This document shows, piece after piece, positions 27,726-41,500 of a DNA stretch of 62,578 bases. This DNA is from Rotaria socialis (Eukaryota). Position numbers and translations under genes: made by a program. The notes beneath the pieces are model-generated. The model ran no database searches, was not told the DNA's origin, and worked only from the letters and a program-made list of their open reading frames with translations. The stretch lies in contig CAJNYD010000125.1 of assembly GCA_905331295.1 (NCBI GenBank), forward strand, positions 62,001 through 124,578, given 5' to 3'. The stretch's first letter is position 1. Every line of letters starts with the position of its first letter.

Positions 27726-29359
27726 TACTACGTTACTTTTATTCTATGTATCTAATATATGACTGCATAATACATCGCTTGTAAATAAAAGAATCAAAGT
27801 AATCTACAATAGTTAGATATTGTGATTATTGTGATTTAAAATAAATCATTTGATGTAATGTATCTCTTGATTGTCATATACATCGTGTTAGCCTTGAACA
27901 AATAATTGGAGTCCTTATGTAAATTTGATAGAACTTCTATGAAAAAGACATGAGCGTAGGATTATCTTACTTACCTTTCTTATTTGATTTCAGTTTTCAA
28001 CCTTTCAAGAAAGTCTCACTTCTAGAACATGTGAAAGTTGTTGAACTAAATGGATGACACTCACACGCAACCACTAATAGAGGAAAAAATGTAACAACAC
28101 AAGGACAAAATAACACATCAACCGACCAAAACGAGTATAAAAACAAGAAAAATGATCGATAATGATGATACGTGAATAGTTTCAAAAGCACGAAATAAGT
28201 CATCGAAGAAATGAAAGAGAGAAAAACAGCAAGCTACTATGTGTAAAATGCCTCACGCCAAGAATAACAACGAGCAAGCAACCGTGACTATCGTCATTTT
28301 CGTTGTCTCTCGATATGATAGGCTTGCACAAAACTTCCTTCAATATTAACTACAACCATTAGCAATAATAATATGTTGTTTTTTGATTTTTCATATTCTA
28401 GTTATCACTGCTTAAATTTATTTAATAAACTTTACTATTTAGAGAAGATTATCCAAACAAGGTTAGCAGTTATAATCAGTTGATGAATGTCATTGACATG
28501 TTGGATCAAATAAGTAAATGTGTTGAAACTAACAGAATGATAAATAGAAACGAATGAGAAAAGAATTCATTTATCTTGCATCATCTATCGGCTTTTGACA
28601 TGCATTGAAAAACAAGAAGAGTAATAAAAGAAATTCAACAGTAAGCATGTTGACAAATGCACATGTAAAATCTAAGCCAGCTCGACCTTTCCTATCGTTG
28701 CACATACTTTGCGGTATTACAAAGTATAATGAACAAAGAGAATTATCACAATGATATGTGGAACTTTTACATGGTACATATAATACCCAACATGATCTTT
28801 TCAATGTCACCTCCTAGTAAATCATCTTGTCCGTATGAATTCTTTTCTTCAATCTTATGCGACAAATGAACAAAACATATATGACTTTTACTAGTTCAAT
28901 TCGTAATTTGTACAGCATACTATCATTTCGAGAGTTGACAGAAGAAGAAGAACAAGAAGACGACGACGAAAAAAAGGATAGGTGATCTTTTTCTTTGTTT
29001 TATACGCATTGTTCTTTCGTTTTCCTCTTGTTTCTTGTCTCTTGTCTCTTGTGAATTCTTCTTTACTAATATACACACGCCGAACATTGAAGCTCCTTCG
29101 CCTCTCTTCACAATTAAGATCGAGTGTAAAACAAACAATCACGTATACTCACAAAGCAAAGGGAATATACGAAAACGAATAAGACAAATAATAAGGCAGA
29201 GGGACGAAGTATACCCGCGTGTAAAGAGGGAAATTTGAGCAATTGAATCCGCACACACAGCATCTTGATTAGGCTGCTGACGCCGGTCGTTGTCGTTGTC
29301 TTTATTATTATTGTTATTTTCTTTTCTTTTTTTATTGATTAATTGAATATCTTCGAAGA

Positions 29360-31145
29360 ATGTTGAAATGGTGGTATCATTGGTTCTATGCCATCCTTTT
29401 ATGTCTAATTACAGGTAAATAACTCGATTTCTTTTCTTTTCATAGGAATATTTTTTTGTTTTCTTTTTGTTTCGAAGATCTATTGAATGCTCAGCATCAT
29501 TCAGTTTATATTCCAAATTATCTTCAAGCATTTGATTATCCAAATGTTGATGAAGCAGCATCTCCACATCAACAACAAGATCAATCTGATGAACAATTTA
29601 ATGATGGTTTTGATCCATTGCAATTTGATTTTTTCCAAACAACAGAAACATCACCAGACACTCAAAATCTCTTTGACGCGTCAACAATACGCACTGATAT
29701 TACTACTGAGAATTCAACAGCCTATTCAACATCAACAATATCGACTGTTTCAGATTCAACGACATCAATAGAATATATTTCTTCAATGTTTGATTCAACA
29801 TTTGATTCAACACTAATAACAACTGAACAGATGACAACGACTGAAAATAGTACTCATTCATTATTATCATTTGATACTACTTCATTCAATAATGAAACGT
29901 ATACTTCAAATGAACAAAATTCATTTTCTAGTGATAATAATACTCTTTTGTCCACATTGAGTTACTCAACAGAAAATGAATCTATATCAATGTATGAACA
30001 AATGAATGAAACAACTAAAGCTATTTTTAATGACACTACTACGATAGAAAATTTTGTTAGAAATAATAGTGATTTAATCGTTGATCTCTTCAATCACACG
30101 TATCTGCAAGGTAAAAATTTAATTGATGATAAACAATATGAGATCTACAATACAACAGCTGAAGAAGTAGCACAACATTTAGCAGATAGAAGAACTATGC
30201 AATCATTGATTCATTTACTTCCACCGAATTTATGGTCTCAATTACAAAAAAATCTTTCACTTTTTAATTTCAATCAAAGTCAATTTATTCAACCAGCACT
30301 ACCCGATCCAGATATTCTTGCTGAAGCAGCTGCACAAGCTGGTTTACCTGGCCCAGGACCATATCCAATACCTGATCATGTATGGCATCAAAATATGAAT
30401 TATTACCGAGATCCTCCACAATTTATAAATAATATTCCGATAGAAACATCATCATCATCAACAACAACAACAACAACAACAACAACAACGACGACGACGA
30501 CTACAACGACAGCTTGTCAGTTGATCTTTTATTTTCAATTAATAATGTTCTTTCTTTTCTATAATTTAATTGTGTTTAGCTACAACAACAGAATCAACAA
30601 CAAAAGTTCGACGACCATTTCCACCCAATATATATTTTAAGTTGCCCAATACACAAGCACCGTATCCTCAAAGACCAATAGCAATAAAAACAGCTGCTAA
30701 TGATCGATTGATTCATAATCTAAATGAATTTCGACCCGGACCTTTTATACCTGTAAAACCCATATCATCATCAGTACCACCACCGTTAATCAATCCCAAT
30801 ATTCAATCATTACTTGCACAAATTGGTTTTACTTGTCCATCAGGTGTATCTGGTATTCGTTTTCCCGATCAACGACTATGTAATATGTATTTTACATGTA
30901 CACACTCCGGTTTACCTGAACCATCCCTTTGTCCAGAAGGTTATCTTTTCTCCGAAGTATCTCGTGATTGTGAAATTTCTTCACGTGTTAATTGTGGAAC
31001 ACGGTTATCAGCTTTTTTCGATACTGATAATAGTGTAAATAGTGACAGTAAAATCCTTTTCACCATGAGAACACCACCACCAACAACCACTACTACTACT
31101 ACTACCACCACCACCACCACCACGACAACAACAACAGCAAGCACA

Positions 31146-31206
<61 letters not shown>

Positions 31207-34200
31207 GAAGAACAACTCCATCAACATCTTCAGTACGACTGCAAGCAAATATAGTTAATGGAGCATTAGAGTGTGTTTTGGGTGCTGATGGTTATTATGA
31301 AGATCCGTTATATTGTAATGTATATCATCATTGCCTAGCTGGTATCGATTATATTGAACATTGTCCTAATCAATTAGCTTGGAATGAAAAAAAGAAAATG
31401 TGTGATTGGTAAGTGGGTCACTGTTATCATGATCATTGAACTTATTTGTATTGTTGACTCTGATCAATACTTTTTTTTCCCGTTCTTCTTTCAAAGGACA
31501 ACCAATGTGAACTGTACTGGTAAAACTATGCCTGTTGTTCAAGGTAAAACATCATTTTGTACTAATCGACAAGATGGTCGTTATAGCTCTGAAACATATT
31601 GTAATGCTTTTCATCATTGCATTGGTGGTACTGATCATATTGTACGATGTACTGGAGAATTACAGTGGGATGATAGAAAAAAAGAATGTGGCTGGGAATC
31701 ATTCGTACGTTGTGGTTCACCGAAAAAAATGTTGCCTCATGAAAATAAATTTAATTCAACGTTTTGCACAGGACGAAATGATGGGTAAGACGATAAAATT
31801 AAATAAAACAAATAAGAGTAGATGAATGCCGAAAATATTATTATAGTTATTTTGATATCTAACCCACACATAGTCTATAGATAATCATCAACTTTGTTTT
31901 TCATCATTCACGCCTTGAAACCAATAATTTATTTTTATATTATCCTGTTGTTCTCAAAAGAAAATAAAAAACTTGTAATATGAGTGTCACAAAGATGACA
32001 TCAATAGATTATCTAGAGAGTTCAGTTTATTATAATTGTAGGAGAATTATAATTTTTTTCAAACGTTTATTGAAAATCGATTCGTTTATTGAATGCAATA
32101 TTTGAAACATTTCGAGTAGTGACGGTTCGAAAACAATATCGAAACAAAATTTCGATGATCACTCTCTAAATTTCCTATTTATTTTACAATCTATTTCAAT
32201 GTATTGATTTTGACGAAAATTCTTGAAAGTATGCATATGTAATACTATAGTTTTTATTTTGTTATTCAATCAAATAGATCCTATTCACATGAAGAATATT
32301 GTAATGTTTATCACGTATGCGAATCGGGTGCTGATAATATGCGTCAATGTCCACATCAATTATTTTGGGACAATGAACAACAAAAATGTGAATGGTCAAA
32401 TAATGTTCGTTGTACAGGACGTACACTTGTTGCACTGTCGATGGAGTCAAGTTTATTTTGTATGGAAAAAACCGATGGATATTATATTGATCCAATTTGT
32501 AAATTTTATTAAAACATAATTTTGTTTTATCATTACTTTAATTTTCATTTAATATAGATTGTAATGTTTATCATCAGTGTATGGCTGATATTGATGTTAA
32601 ATTGCGTTGTCCTGAACGTTTAATTTTTAATGAAACATTAAAGCGTTGTGATTGGCCAGAATCAACAATTTGTAAAGGTGGAAACATATTACTTGAAGGT
32701 GAAGCTAATAATGGCTTTTGTACAGATAAAGTAAAGAAAAAACCAGAGAATAACTTAAATGAAATTGTTTGAAAAAATAATGTTTTTTTTCTTTCTCATT
32801 AGCCAAACGGAAACTTTCCTCATGAACAATATTGCAATCGTTATTATATATGTCAAAATGGAAAAGATGTTGTATTTACATGCCAAAACAATTTAAGATA
32901 TTCACCAGATAAAAATGAATGTGATTGGGCTATCAATGTTGATTGTCATGGTAAACCGGATTATATGTGGGACGGTATCAAAGAAAATTTTTGTAAACGT
33001 TTAGTATGTGTTCTATTCGTGATATATATATCACATAACTATTGAGTCTCGTATTTATTTTAATTCTAAATAGCCCGATGGAAATTATCCAGATATAAGA
33101 TTTTGTAATATATTTCATCAATGTCAAGCAGCCATGGACTATCCAAAACGATGTCCAAATAGACTTATGTTCAATGAAGAAACAAAAGAATGTGATTGGG
33201 AAGATAAAGTTGATTGTAAAGGTCGAGAAAAATTAATTGGTTTGTTTTGTTTTCATTTTAATCTTATTACACGAAGAAATTTTTGAGTATAGATACTGAA
33301 GGTCTTGACGACGAAGTACGTCCAGGTTCAAATAATACTCGAGGACGTTCAACTAAATTTTGCATGGTAAAACAAAATGGTGATTATGCTGATTCATACT
33401 ATTGTAATGTTTATCATAATTGTCATGGTGGTTTTGATACAATTCAATATTGTACAAGAGGTTTAGTAAGTTAAATTAGAATCTCACCATTGTTTTTATA
33501 AAATTCTGTAAAATTGACATACAATATAGACATTTTGATAGAATTCTGAAATTGAGACTACATGAGTCAAAAGAAAAGAACAGATTCTTTTTTAAAAGCT
33601 AAAAACAGTATCATAAAAATCTTCGGCTGTTAGGTTGAGTTCATTAGTACATGATGTTGTGGAATCTTTCGTTTATTTCTGCAAATATTTCTTTGATTTT
33701 GCATCATAATATAGATATAATAATGTTGAACGTCCTAGATGATTTAGAAAATTAGAACTTCAGCAATAATTAAATTTTTTTATTAATTTCAATTTGATGT
33801 CAGAGAGTTTCTAAATTGTCTTAGTCTTGAGAGTCTACGTATTTTCTGAGACCTCAATCTACTTTCTTCTGTCTTTTATATGTGAGTGATGTATTCTCAA
33901 AATAGTATCTGATGATGATGATGATGATGATGAGAAAGTAAAACTATAAATGAAAGAGTCAATCTACTCTATGAGTGTAGAAAGAGAGAAGATTGAAAAT
34001 GTATAATGTAAATTAACTACTAATACAAAAAAAACGACTATTAGTTAGATTGGTGTGTCACATGTGAGAACTTTTTTTCGTTAGAGGAATACAGTTAATA
34101 GAAAAATTTACTGACTTACTTATTTAATTAATCATAGGTATGGCGTCAAGAAACTGAAACAATAGGCAGATGCGATTGGTCTAAGGAGCGATCACCGGAT

Positions 34201-35195
34201 GGAGCAGATTGCAATGGGAAAACTGTGTAAGATGAAAATGCAAAATAAAATACGTTGCAAGTCGAATATTGTTTTTTCCCGCTTTTTCAATAGGTTTTTT
34301 GTCGAAAAATTAGCTGAAACTGATATATTATCGAATTTGCGTTCAGATTTTTGTATAAGTAAAGGTTCTGGTCTATATGAACATCAACGCTACTGTGATC
34401 TTTATTTACAATGTAATGAACAAGGTGTTGGAGTCACTATGGAATGTAGTCGTATGTAGAATTTTTCGTTATGTTAGTAGATAATTGTTTTTTCTTGTTG
34501 AAAAGCTGGTCTTGTTTTTAATGAAAAGAAAAAAGAATGTGATTATCAAGCCGACAGTAATGATGAAACAAAAGGTACATTATGTTTGACACCTCGAAGT
34601 TTTCTACGTTCGAAGCCAAAAGCTGAACACGCATCAATATTATTCGAAGGTGTCGATGCAACCGGACAATTTCCGTAATATATAAAGAAAAACAACTTAA
34701 TAAGCATATTTTTTTGCCTCCTCTTTATGAGTTTAGAACACGCTTTGATTGTATAAATAAGGATCAACAAAACATGTTTGCTGACTTGGATTGGTGTAAT
34801 ATCTATCATGTATGCATTGGTAATCGAGATAATATATTTTTATGTCCACCTGGTACAATATTTAATGATGCAAAACAAGGTTGTATGGATCGGTTCGATG
34901 GATCAAATTGTAATGGAACACGTTCTTATTATAAACCATTAACAAGACGACATAAACGTATTGATTCATCATTAATTCAAAAAAGAGTGCCATCAATGAA
35001 TTTTCATTTAGCCAATTTTAAACAACCATCAATTAATAATAATAATCAAAGAACTCCGTATGAATGGCGAAAACCAGAAAAACCAAGACAGGTGATTTTT
35101 CTTTTGTGTTAACATTGCAGAACTCAATTTCTTATTTGACTTTATTGTAGTTTGATGACAACCTTCTTGAATGGCGACGATATCGTCAATACTAA
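29360..35195 (+). CDS. Secreted mucin-like protein with about 10 chitin-binding type-2 (peritrophin-A/CBM14) domains
   Basis: Signal-peptide exon MLKWWYHWFYAILLCLIT (29360-~29414), a Thr/Ser-rich N-terminal region and poly-Thr linkers. Repeated six-Cys modules C-x4/5-G-x-Y...CN.Y/F..C...CP..L.W/F.....CDW...V.C start at CPSGVSG, CVLGADG, CTNRQDG, CTGRNDG, CMEKTDG, CTDKPNG, CKRLPDG, CMVKQNG, CISKGSG and CINKDQQ. Last exon 35151-35195. Confidence 0.88.
31082..31205 (+). repeat. Coding (ACN)n trinucleotide tract, mostly (ACT)n, encoding a poly-Thr mucin linker
   Basis: Directly visible. Confidence 0.9.
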
Positions 35196-36134
35196 TTATT
35201 GTTCTATTGCACAAAACAAAAACTAAACAAATAATTTTTATTAACTACTATTTCTTTGCTTTTGTTCGTTTTATGTAGTTATTTCCTGAATTTTGTCACC
35301 TGTACGTGAATAAACCGAAACAGTTTTTTTTCGTTTTCTTTTAACTGAATAGACCCAAAGAAACCCTTATGAAAACGAGACAGATTAGCTAATGTTAATA
35401 TCAATCTTGCGCTTTTATTCGTATATTACAGATTCAAACAATTCGATCAACGATTTAATTGAGAACAAATTTATTGACTTTTCTCAAATTTGACGAACAT
35501 TAAACTTATCAAATATAACTGTACATAATGAGTAGATGTACAATTGAACGTTGTGCTGAATTGTAAATTTGATTTCTAAGCGGAGCTATTTTTTTTCTTC
35601 TAAAAAAGAGACTGATGAACTGTACGATGCTGAATTTTCGTCATTTAGGATAGAACAAATTCTTTCTAAAAATTTTGTGATGATCATTAAATATAATTAT
35701 TGAAATTGATTTAAAACTAGTTTTAGAATTGAATTTGTCAAAAAGTCACTACTATTATATTTAATACTATCGATGTAACAGTACTATTTTTACTTCTGTA
35801 TCAATATAGAGCATTTCATGAAACATAAAATGCACTTTGAAAATTTTTTACCAATTGGTTTGGCATTTCTTTTTCGAAATGATATTCGTTCTTTGGTCGA
35901 TCTAATTCAAACTATTCTACTGTTTCATTTTAACTTCTATGATAATCGAAGTATTGGTTTTCGTCTTTCATATTATATTATCGACTTGATTTAAAAAACA
36001 AAGAATCGAATAAAATGCAAACAGCAAACATGTAAACCAGATACACGCATGTTTCAATATAATTATTAAGAAAAATACCAATTATTTATGTAAAAGTAAA
36101 AAGGGAATCATCTACATATAAAATATTAATAGTA

Positions 36135-38018
36135 TTAATGATCTACTATAGGATACTTGAATACCAAATCATAAATCTCTTTCCAAATTTGTAAAGGAAT
36201 TTTCAAAGCTAATTGTTTATCAAAGGTCCATAAACTGTAAGTATCATATAAAGAATGAACCGAGAAGCGAAAATTTGTACTGAATTCGTTTTCGATATAT
36301 TCGGGCTGTTGACTGTCCAAGGATTTTCCACTCCGTTCACTTGAATATTCGTCACGTTTAATGATAAAGATTTTAGTCCAATGGAGAATAGTTTGAATTG
36401 TCAAACTAAGAAGTAAATTAATCAAATAATTGATTAAAAAAAACAAAATAAGTAGAAGCGACTTCTATAACTAGAATACATACTAATGACCAAATCGTAA
36501 TAACATTATACAAAGCACTTGAATATAAGACGATCCTGTGCTTGGGCTTCGTTTTGATGCTTCATTTGCGCTACAAGAATAAGCAACAAGCATTTTTGGT
36601 GATAAATCATTCTGTTGTACGCCTTCACGTTTGTTAGATTGCATATTTTGTGGCCATACTGATCGGCATGCTTGAATAAAAAATATACGAGTTTTTCCAG
36701 CCCAAATAGTTGCTACTGATGAATCAGCATATCGTGTTACAATATCGCGTATTATAACTTCTTTTGAATCAGCTGTAAAAAATGAATGTAAAAGTCTAGA
36801 GAGGAAAAAAAATTCTCGATGACAAATAGTCAAGACTTTGAGAGTACCACTAAAAAATAAACTTACCCATGAGACATAATAAACATAATAAGACAATCAA
36901 ATTCTCCATATATACTTTGATCATCGATGTAATTTAATGCTCTATCAAGATCATCTTTTTTGAAATCAATTTTACATTCTAATATTGTAAAATTTAATTT
37001 ATTAAAAATTATTTTAATCAGATCAACATCTTTATCTGATCCTGTTCGATTAGGTGTATCAACAGAATCAGATGAAATAAATTGTCTAATATTAATTATA
37101 ACACATAAACCTTTTCTGGGTACGTTCAATGATAGTGATATTGCCGATTGATCAACAGTACGATGAGGCACAGGCTCGCTTTGAGCTTTCTCTACAGGCG
37201 ACGATGGGACTGAAATTATTGTGAAAAATGAGGTCGTCTTTTTTTTGGTTAGATTTAAAACAAAACGAATGTTTACCTAATGGTTTTATATTTTCATAAT
37301 TAGAGGATTTAAGTTTCATCATAAATGATGAAACTTCATGAGGGTCATTTTGATTTATTACAGCATGAGTTTGTGTATTATTGTTATTATTATTTCCAGC
37401 ATCTGATAGTAATTTATAGTGTTTTTCAAATGTGACTACAAAATCTTCATATCTTTTAATGAATGATTGAAAATTTCGTACAACTTGATCAACAGCAACC
37501 AATTTTTGTGCAAAATAATTAGATTCAATTAATGATGAAAAAAATGTCGGAAAATTTTTCCCTAAATTTTTATAAATATCAAATAAACTATCAACCGGCT
37601 GTCGAATATTCAATAAAAACTTTATGTCATTCAGTTTCTCGTGTGATAAACGATCATCGATTTGTGCTAATAAAAAACAGTATGCTAAATTTAATTCATC
37701 ATCTATCGAAAATACTACATTCGATTTCAATTGATTGTTACCATAATCTACCGTCGATTCAGATAAATATTTTTCTTTAAAATGAATCATTATTGCTAAT
37801 TCAATTCTTGTTAATGGTGTATCATTATTTTTTCCATCATTATCTATTTTAGTTGTCAACAAGTTTTCAAATTTCTCTTTTAAATTATTTGATAAAAAAA
37901 CCAATTGCGAAGCATTTTGATGATGAAATAAACTTACGAGTAAATTAACAGTTTCACTATCGAATTGTCCAAGTGTCAATGCACACTGACTAATAGATTC
38001 TTTCGTGATGTCCCACAT
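36135..38018 (-). CDS. Initiator-type caspase (peptidase C14) with a long DED-like prodomain (caspase-8/10/Dredd-like); 4 exons
   Basis: Spliced product contains RKGLCVIIN...NRTGSDKD...FDCLIMFIMSHG (catalytic His), KTRIFFIQACRS (catalytic Cys) and small-subunit MLVAYS...SKRSPSTGSSYIQVLC...QQPE. The prodomain has DED-like LLAQIDDRLSHEKLNDIKFLL and an RxEL motif. Confidence 0.88.
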
Positions 38019-38541
38019 ATCTATAAATAACGTTTTAGTTTTAATTCAGCTTTTACATTGACATCTCTTTCTGTATTCTGTATTTATTCAAAACTTTGTT
38101 GTTGGTTTTTAATTAAAGAAGAGAAAAAAGAAAAACTCTTGAGAATAAAAGAACTAGAATAAATAACATCCAGTGATCGCCGAAACTACATACATAGTAC
38201 GCATCGGAAAATTTGCATGAGAGAAGAAAAAAAAACGAAAGGGTAACAATAAAAAAGAAAAGAGAAGAGCAAAAAAAAACAGACATGCTTTTTCTTTATT
38301 GTTTGGCAAGAAATTAAATTATACAACGATTGTATAACATATGTAAAGCTGGAATTCTAAATGTATGTATATGCCAGATAACAGGTCTCGTTACGAATCG
38401 CTAAGAACTATTTGATGTTTTACTCAAGACTAGATTTACAAATAGACACAAAAAAGAACAGAAAAAAGTGTATGTATCATAGAGCACCACGTTTAGTATT
38501 CGTCGTACATAAATCAAATCTTTATTTATATATATATATCA

Positions 38542-41500
38542 TCATACAAATGTCGATTTAACGACAGCAAGTAATACAGTTACATCATCGGGTTTACCAC
38601 CTACATAAACAAAACAAAAAACAGAAGATATAATACGAAATTGTAAAAAATGAATAAATATGAATATGAGATTGTTTGTCTTGTTTAATTTAAATTCATT
38701 CTTTATTCTATCAAGAAAGTTAGGATTTTATACGGTGATTAGTTACGTTACTAATCTCAAACATATATATTTAGCGTTTTTACACTATTGTCTAGGCAGT
38801 TGTGTTTTTTAATCATAACCTTATTATTTATTTATATGCTCATGTGTGCGTGTGTGTGATCTGTTTCGCTGATAAAATGCTTGGATATCTTAATTATTAT
38901 AACCGAAAAATTTCACAATTAAAGAAAAACGATTTAAGCCTTTCTTGAGAGTGTTGATTGAACCGACAAGGTTGCGTGAAAATTGATAGAAAAGCATTTT
39001 CTATACGTCAATCCAATACGAAACAAAGCAAAAGAAAATCATTTCAAGATTGAAGTTTTTTTTAAATATATCTATAATGACAAATTTTTGCAACTAGAAA
39101 ATAATCTCCAGAAATACAAATCTTCTTCTTCATACGACTACTATAGAATTTGAGTGTATTTTTAACTGTGCACATTATATCAGAGATTATTAAAGAAACG
39201 TTTGCTTGTCACAATAGATAATATATTGTTTACAATGATATTGTCATCTGTTTGTGATATAGAACAGACTAGCTTATCAATTTATAGTTAAAAATACAAA
39301 TGGAATCTTTTTTTTTATATCTATCTTATGATAGAAACTTATTCTTGATCTAGAGCAAAGAACAACAAAAGCAAACTAATTCATTTTTCTTACCACAAAT
39401 ATTAATTCCCAATGATCTTTTAGCACTTCGAGCAAATGGTGAATAAAAATTTGGATCATAACCATTTTTCAGTGCACGTTTGGCTAATTTATGTGCTATT
39501 CTCTGTAAATTATCCAATGTTGGTTCCTGAAAAAAATAAAATAATTCAAACTATATATTAATATTCTATATTTTATTCTCAAGAGATTGCTTATTCATCA
39601 GCTCCCGTTCTCTTTTCTTCTTCTCTTGTTCTTTGGCATCCCCCCTGCCTAATCAAATTCTATTTACAACATGCTGGCAAAAGCGGCGTCTTCTGCTAGT
39701 AGCATTTCTCGCATGTCAATCAACTGCAATCGGAAACAGCACGATAGTATATACAAGAACAGCCGGAATAGAATAGTCTGTCTAGTGATGCCTGCTTCAG
39801 TCTTACAACGAGATCTAGCACTGAGAGGAACATGATGAATGAATGCCAAACACTTTGTATATAACGCTTCTTGTGTCTTTTCTTCATGTACCCAAATAAC
39901 GATCTATCAACTTCCTGTAAATCATATATCTAAGCACTTCGTTTTAGTAACTATAACATAAGCACAAAAAGAAAGCGAGTGTAAGTGTCGGCATATTTTG
40001 TTGTATTATGAATATGCACATTCCGAAATGGTTGTTTGCTGCACTTATCGGTGCAGCTCCAATGCTTGGACTTGTATTTTTTATACTATTCTCATGTACT
40101 CTACTTGGTCTTGTACAAAAATGTAAAATAAATTTAACAAAATCCTATGCGAAACGAAGAGAAACTATAATGCATGATCAAATATTAATTGACAATGAAG
40201 ATGTAAATACATCAACATTATTTAAACCAGAATCGAATACTGTTATTATTTCACCATTTGATGATATACCCATGAGAGATATTGATGCTGAATCCTCATC
40301 CAAAGCATATTCAGAGCCCAAAGGTAATTTATTAAAATATTTTCTATTTAATATAAATTAATTAATTTCTATCAATTTTCATTTTTTTTCTTGTTAAAGA
40401 TGTTTCAAATCCTTCAAAACTACGACGCAAAAAAAGTATTGACATTTCTATGGCAGGATCAGATTATGATAATGGCTCCTCAAGTATTTTTAATGATAAT
40501 GATTATGAACAAGATCGTTTGTCACTTATTGAAATATCATCACAACGTAAAAATGCAGCGAAGCAAATAAAATCGCCAGACACAATAGTTCATATTTAAA
40601 GTTAACTTACTTTAATTTGTTTCATTTCTTCAAGTATTGTAGTATCAGGTAAATTATCCCATAGACCATCTGTTGCAATAACAATAAAATCATTTTCTTC
40701 GACATGAAATGAAGTGACTGATGCTAAGTCGGGACTATAAAAGAAGAAATAAGCACAATTTTTTACTTGGAAAACTTTTTTTGAAACTTGCATACATTTT
40801 TCAAGAAAATAGTGAGTGTATATTTAAAACAAGATCTATTGCAATTCTTTCCGTTTCTAGACATTGACAAATAGACAAATAGCAGGCGACAATGTCGAAA
40901 GATCACTCAATACATTTCTCTAGCAAATATCATCTAAAACATTTTCTTCGCACCGATAACCGAGAGGCAATGATAATAACAGCTAGTATTAGACTGTAAT
41001 AAAACATTACAAAGTCTTTGTCAAAATTTGAATAACAATACTATATTTGTGCATATTCTGAGTAGTTCAATTTACAATCGTCTTTTTAGAGCTTAAAACT
41101 GAAAATTGACATATCAAAACGGGTTCGACATTCCTCAGCTTATTAAGATGAATAGTAGTGCACGGAGACGTACTATATATACATAATAGATATGTACAGC
41201 AAGATTATTTGCCAATTAAATTAATAATAATGTTAACTGAGGAAAAACGGAAGATAAAAATGAAAAGCAAGAAGGCCAACAGAAAATAAAATGGCAAAGA
41301 TAAAAGAAAAAGGAGAAAAATTCTATTCAAGATGTTGAAATAAAATAAATCATTTCTTTGGCAATTGATTAGTCCTGAAAAATAGACTAGTGTCTTTGAC
41401 ATTTCTCAATTAAGCTATTTTGCATTAGTATAATGAGAATATAAAATACATGTCAGTCCTATATTATAGCCCCAAAGAATTTGATCGTACAAGTTTTCTA

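Noticed and set aside
36483..37171. Caspase apparently broken into several ORFs (pseudogene or frameshift)
   Set aside because: Each break coincides with a canonical GT-AG intron that restores the frame.
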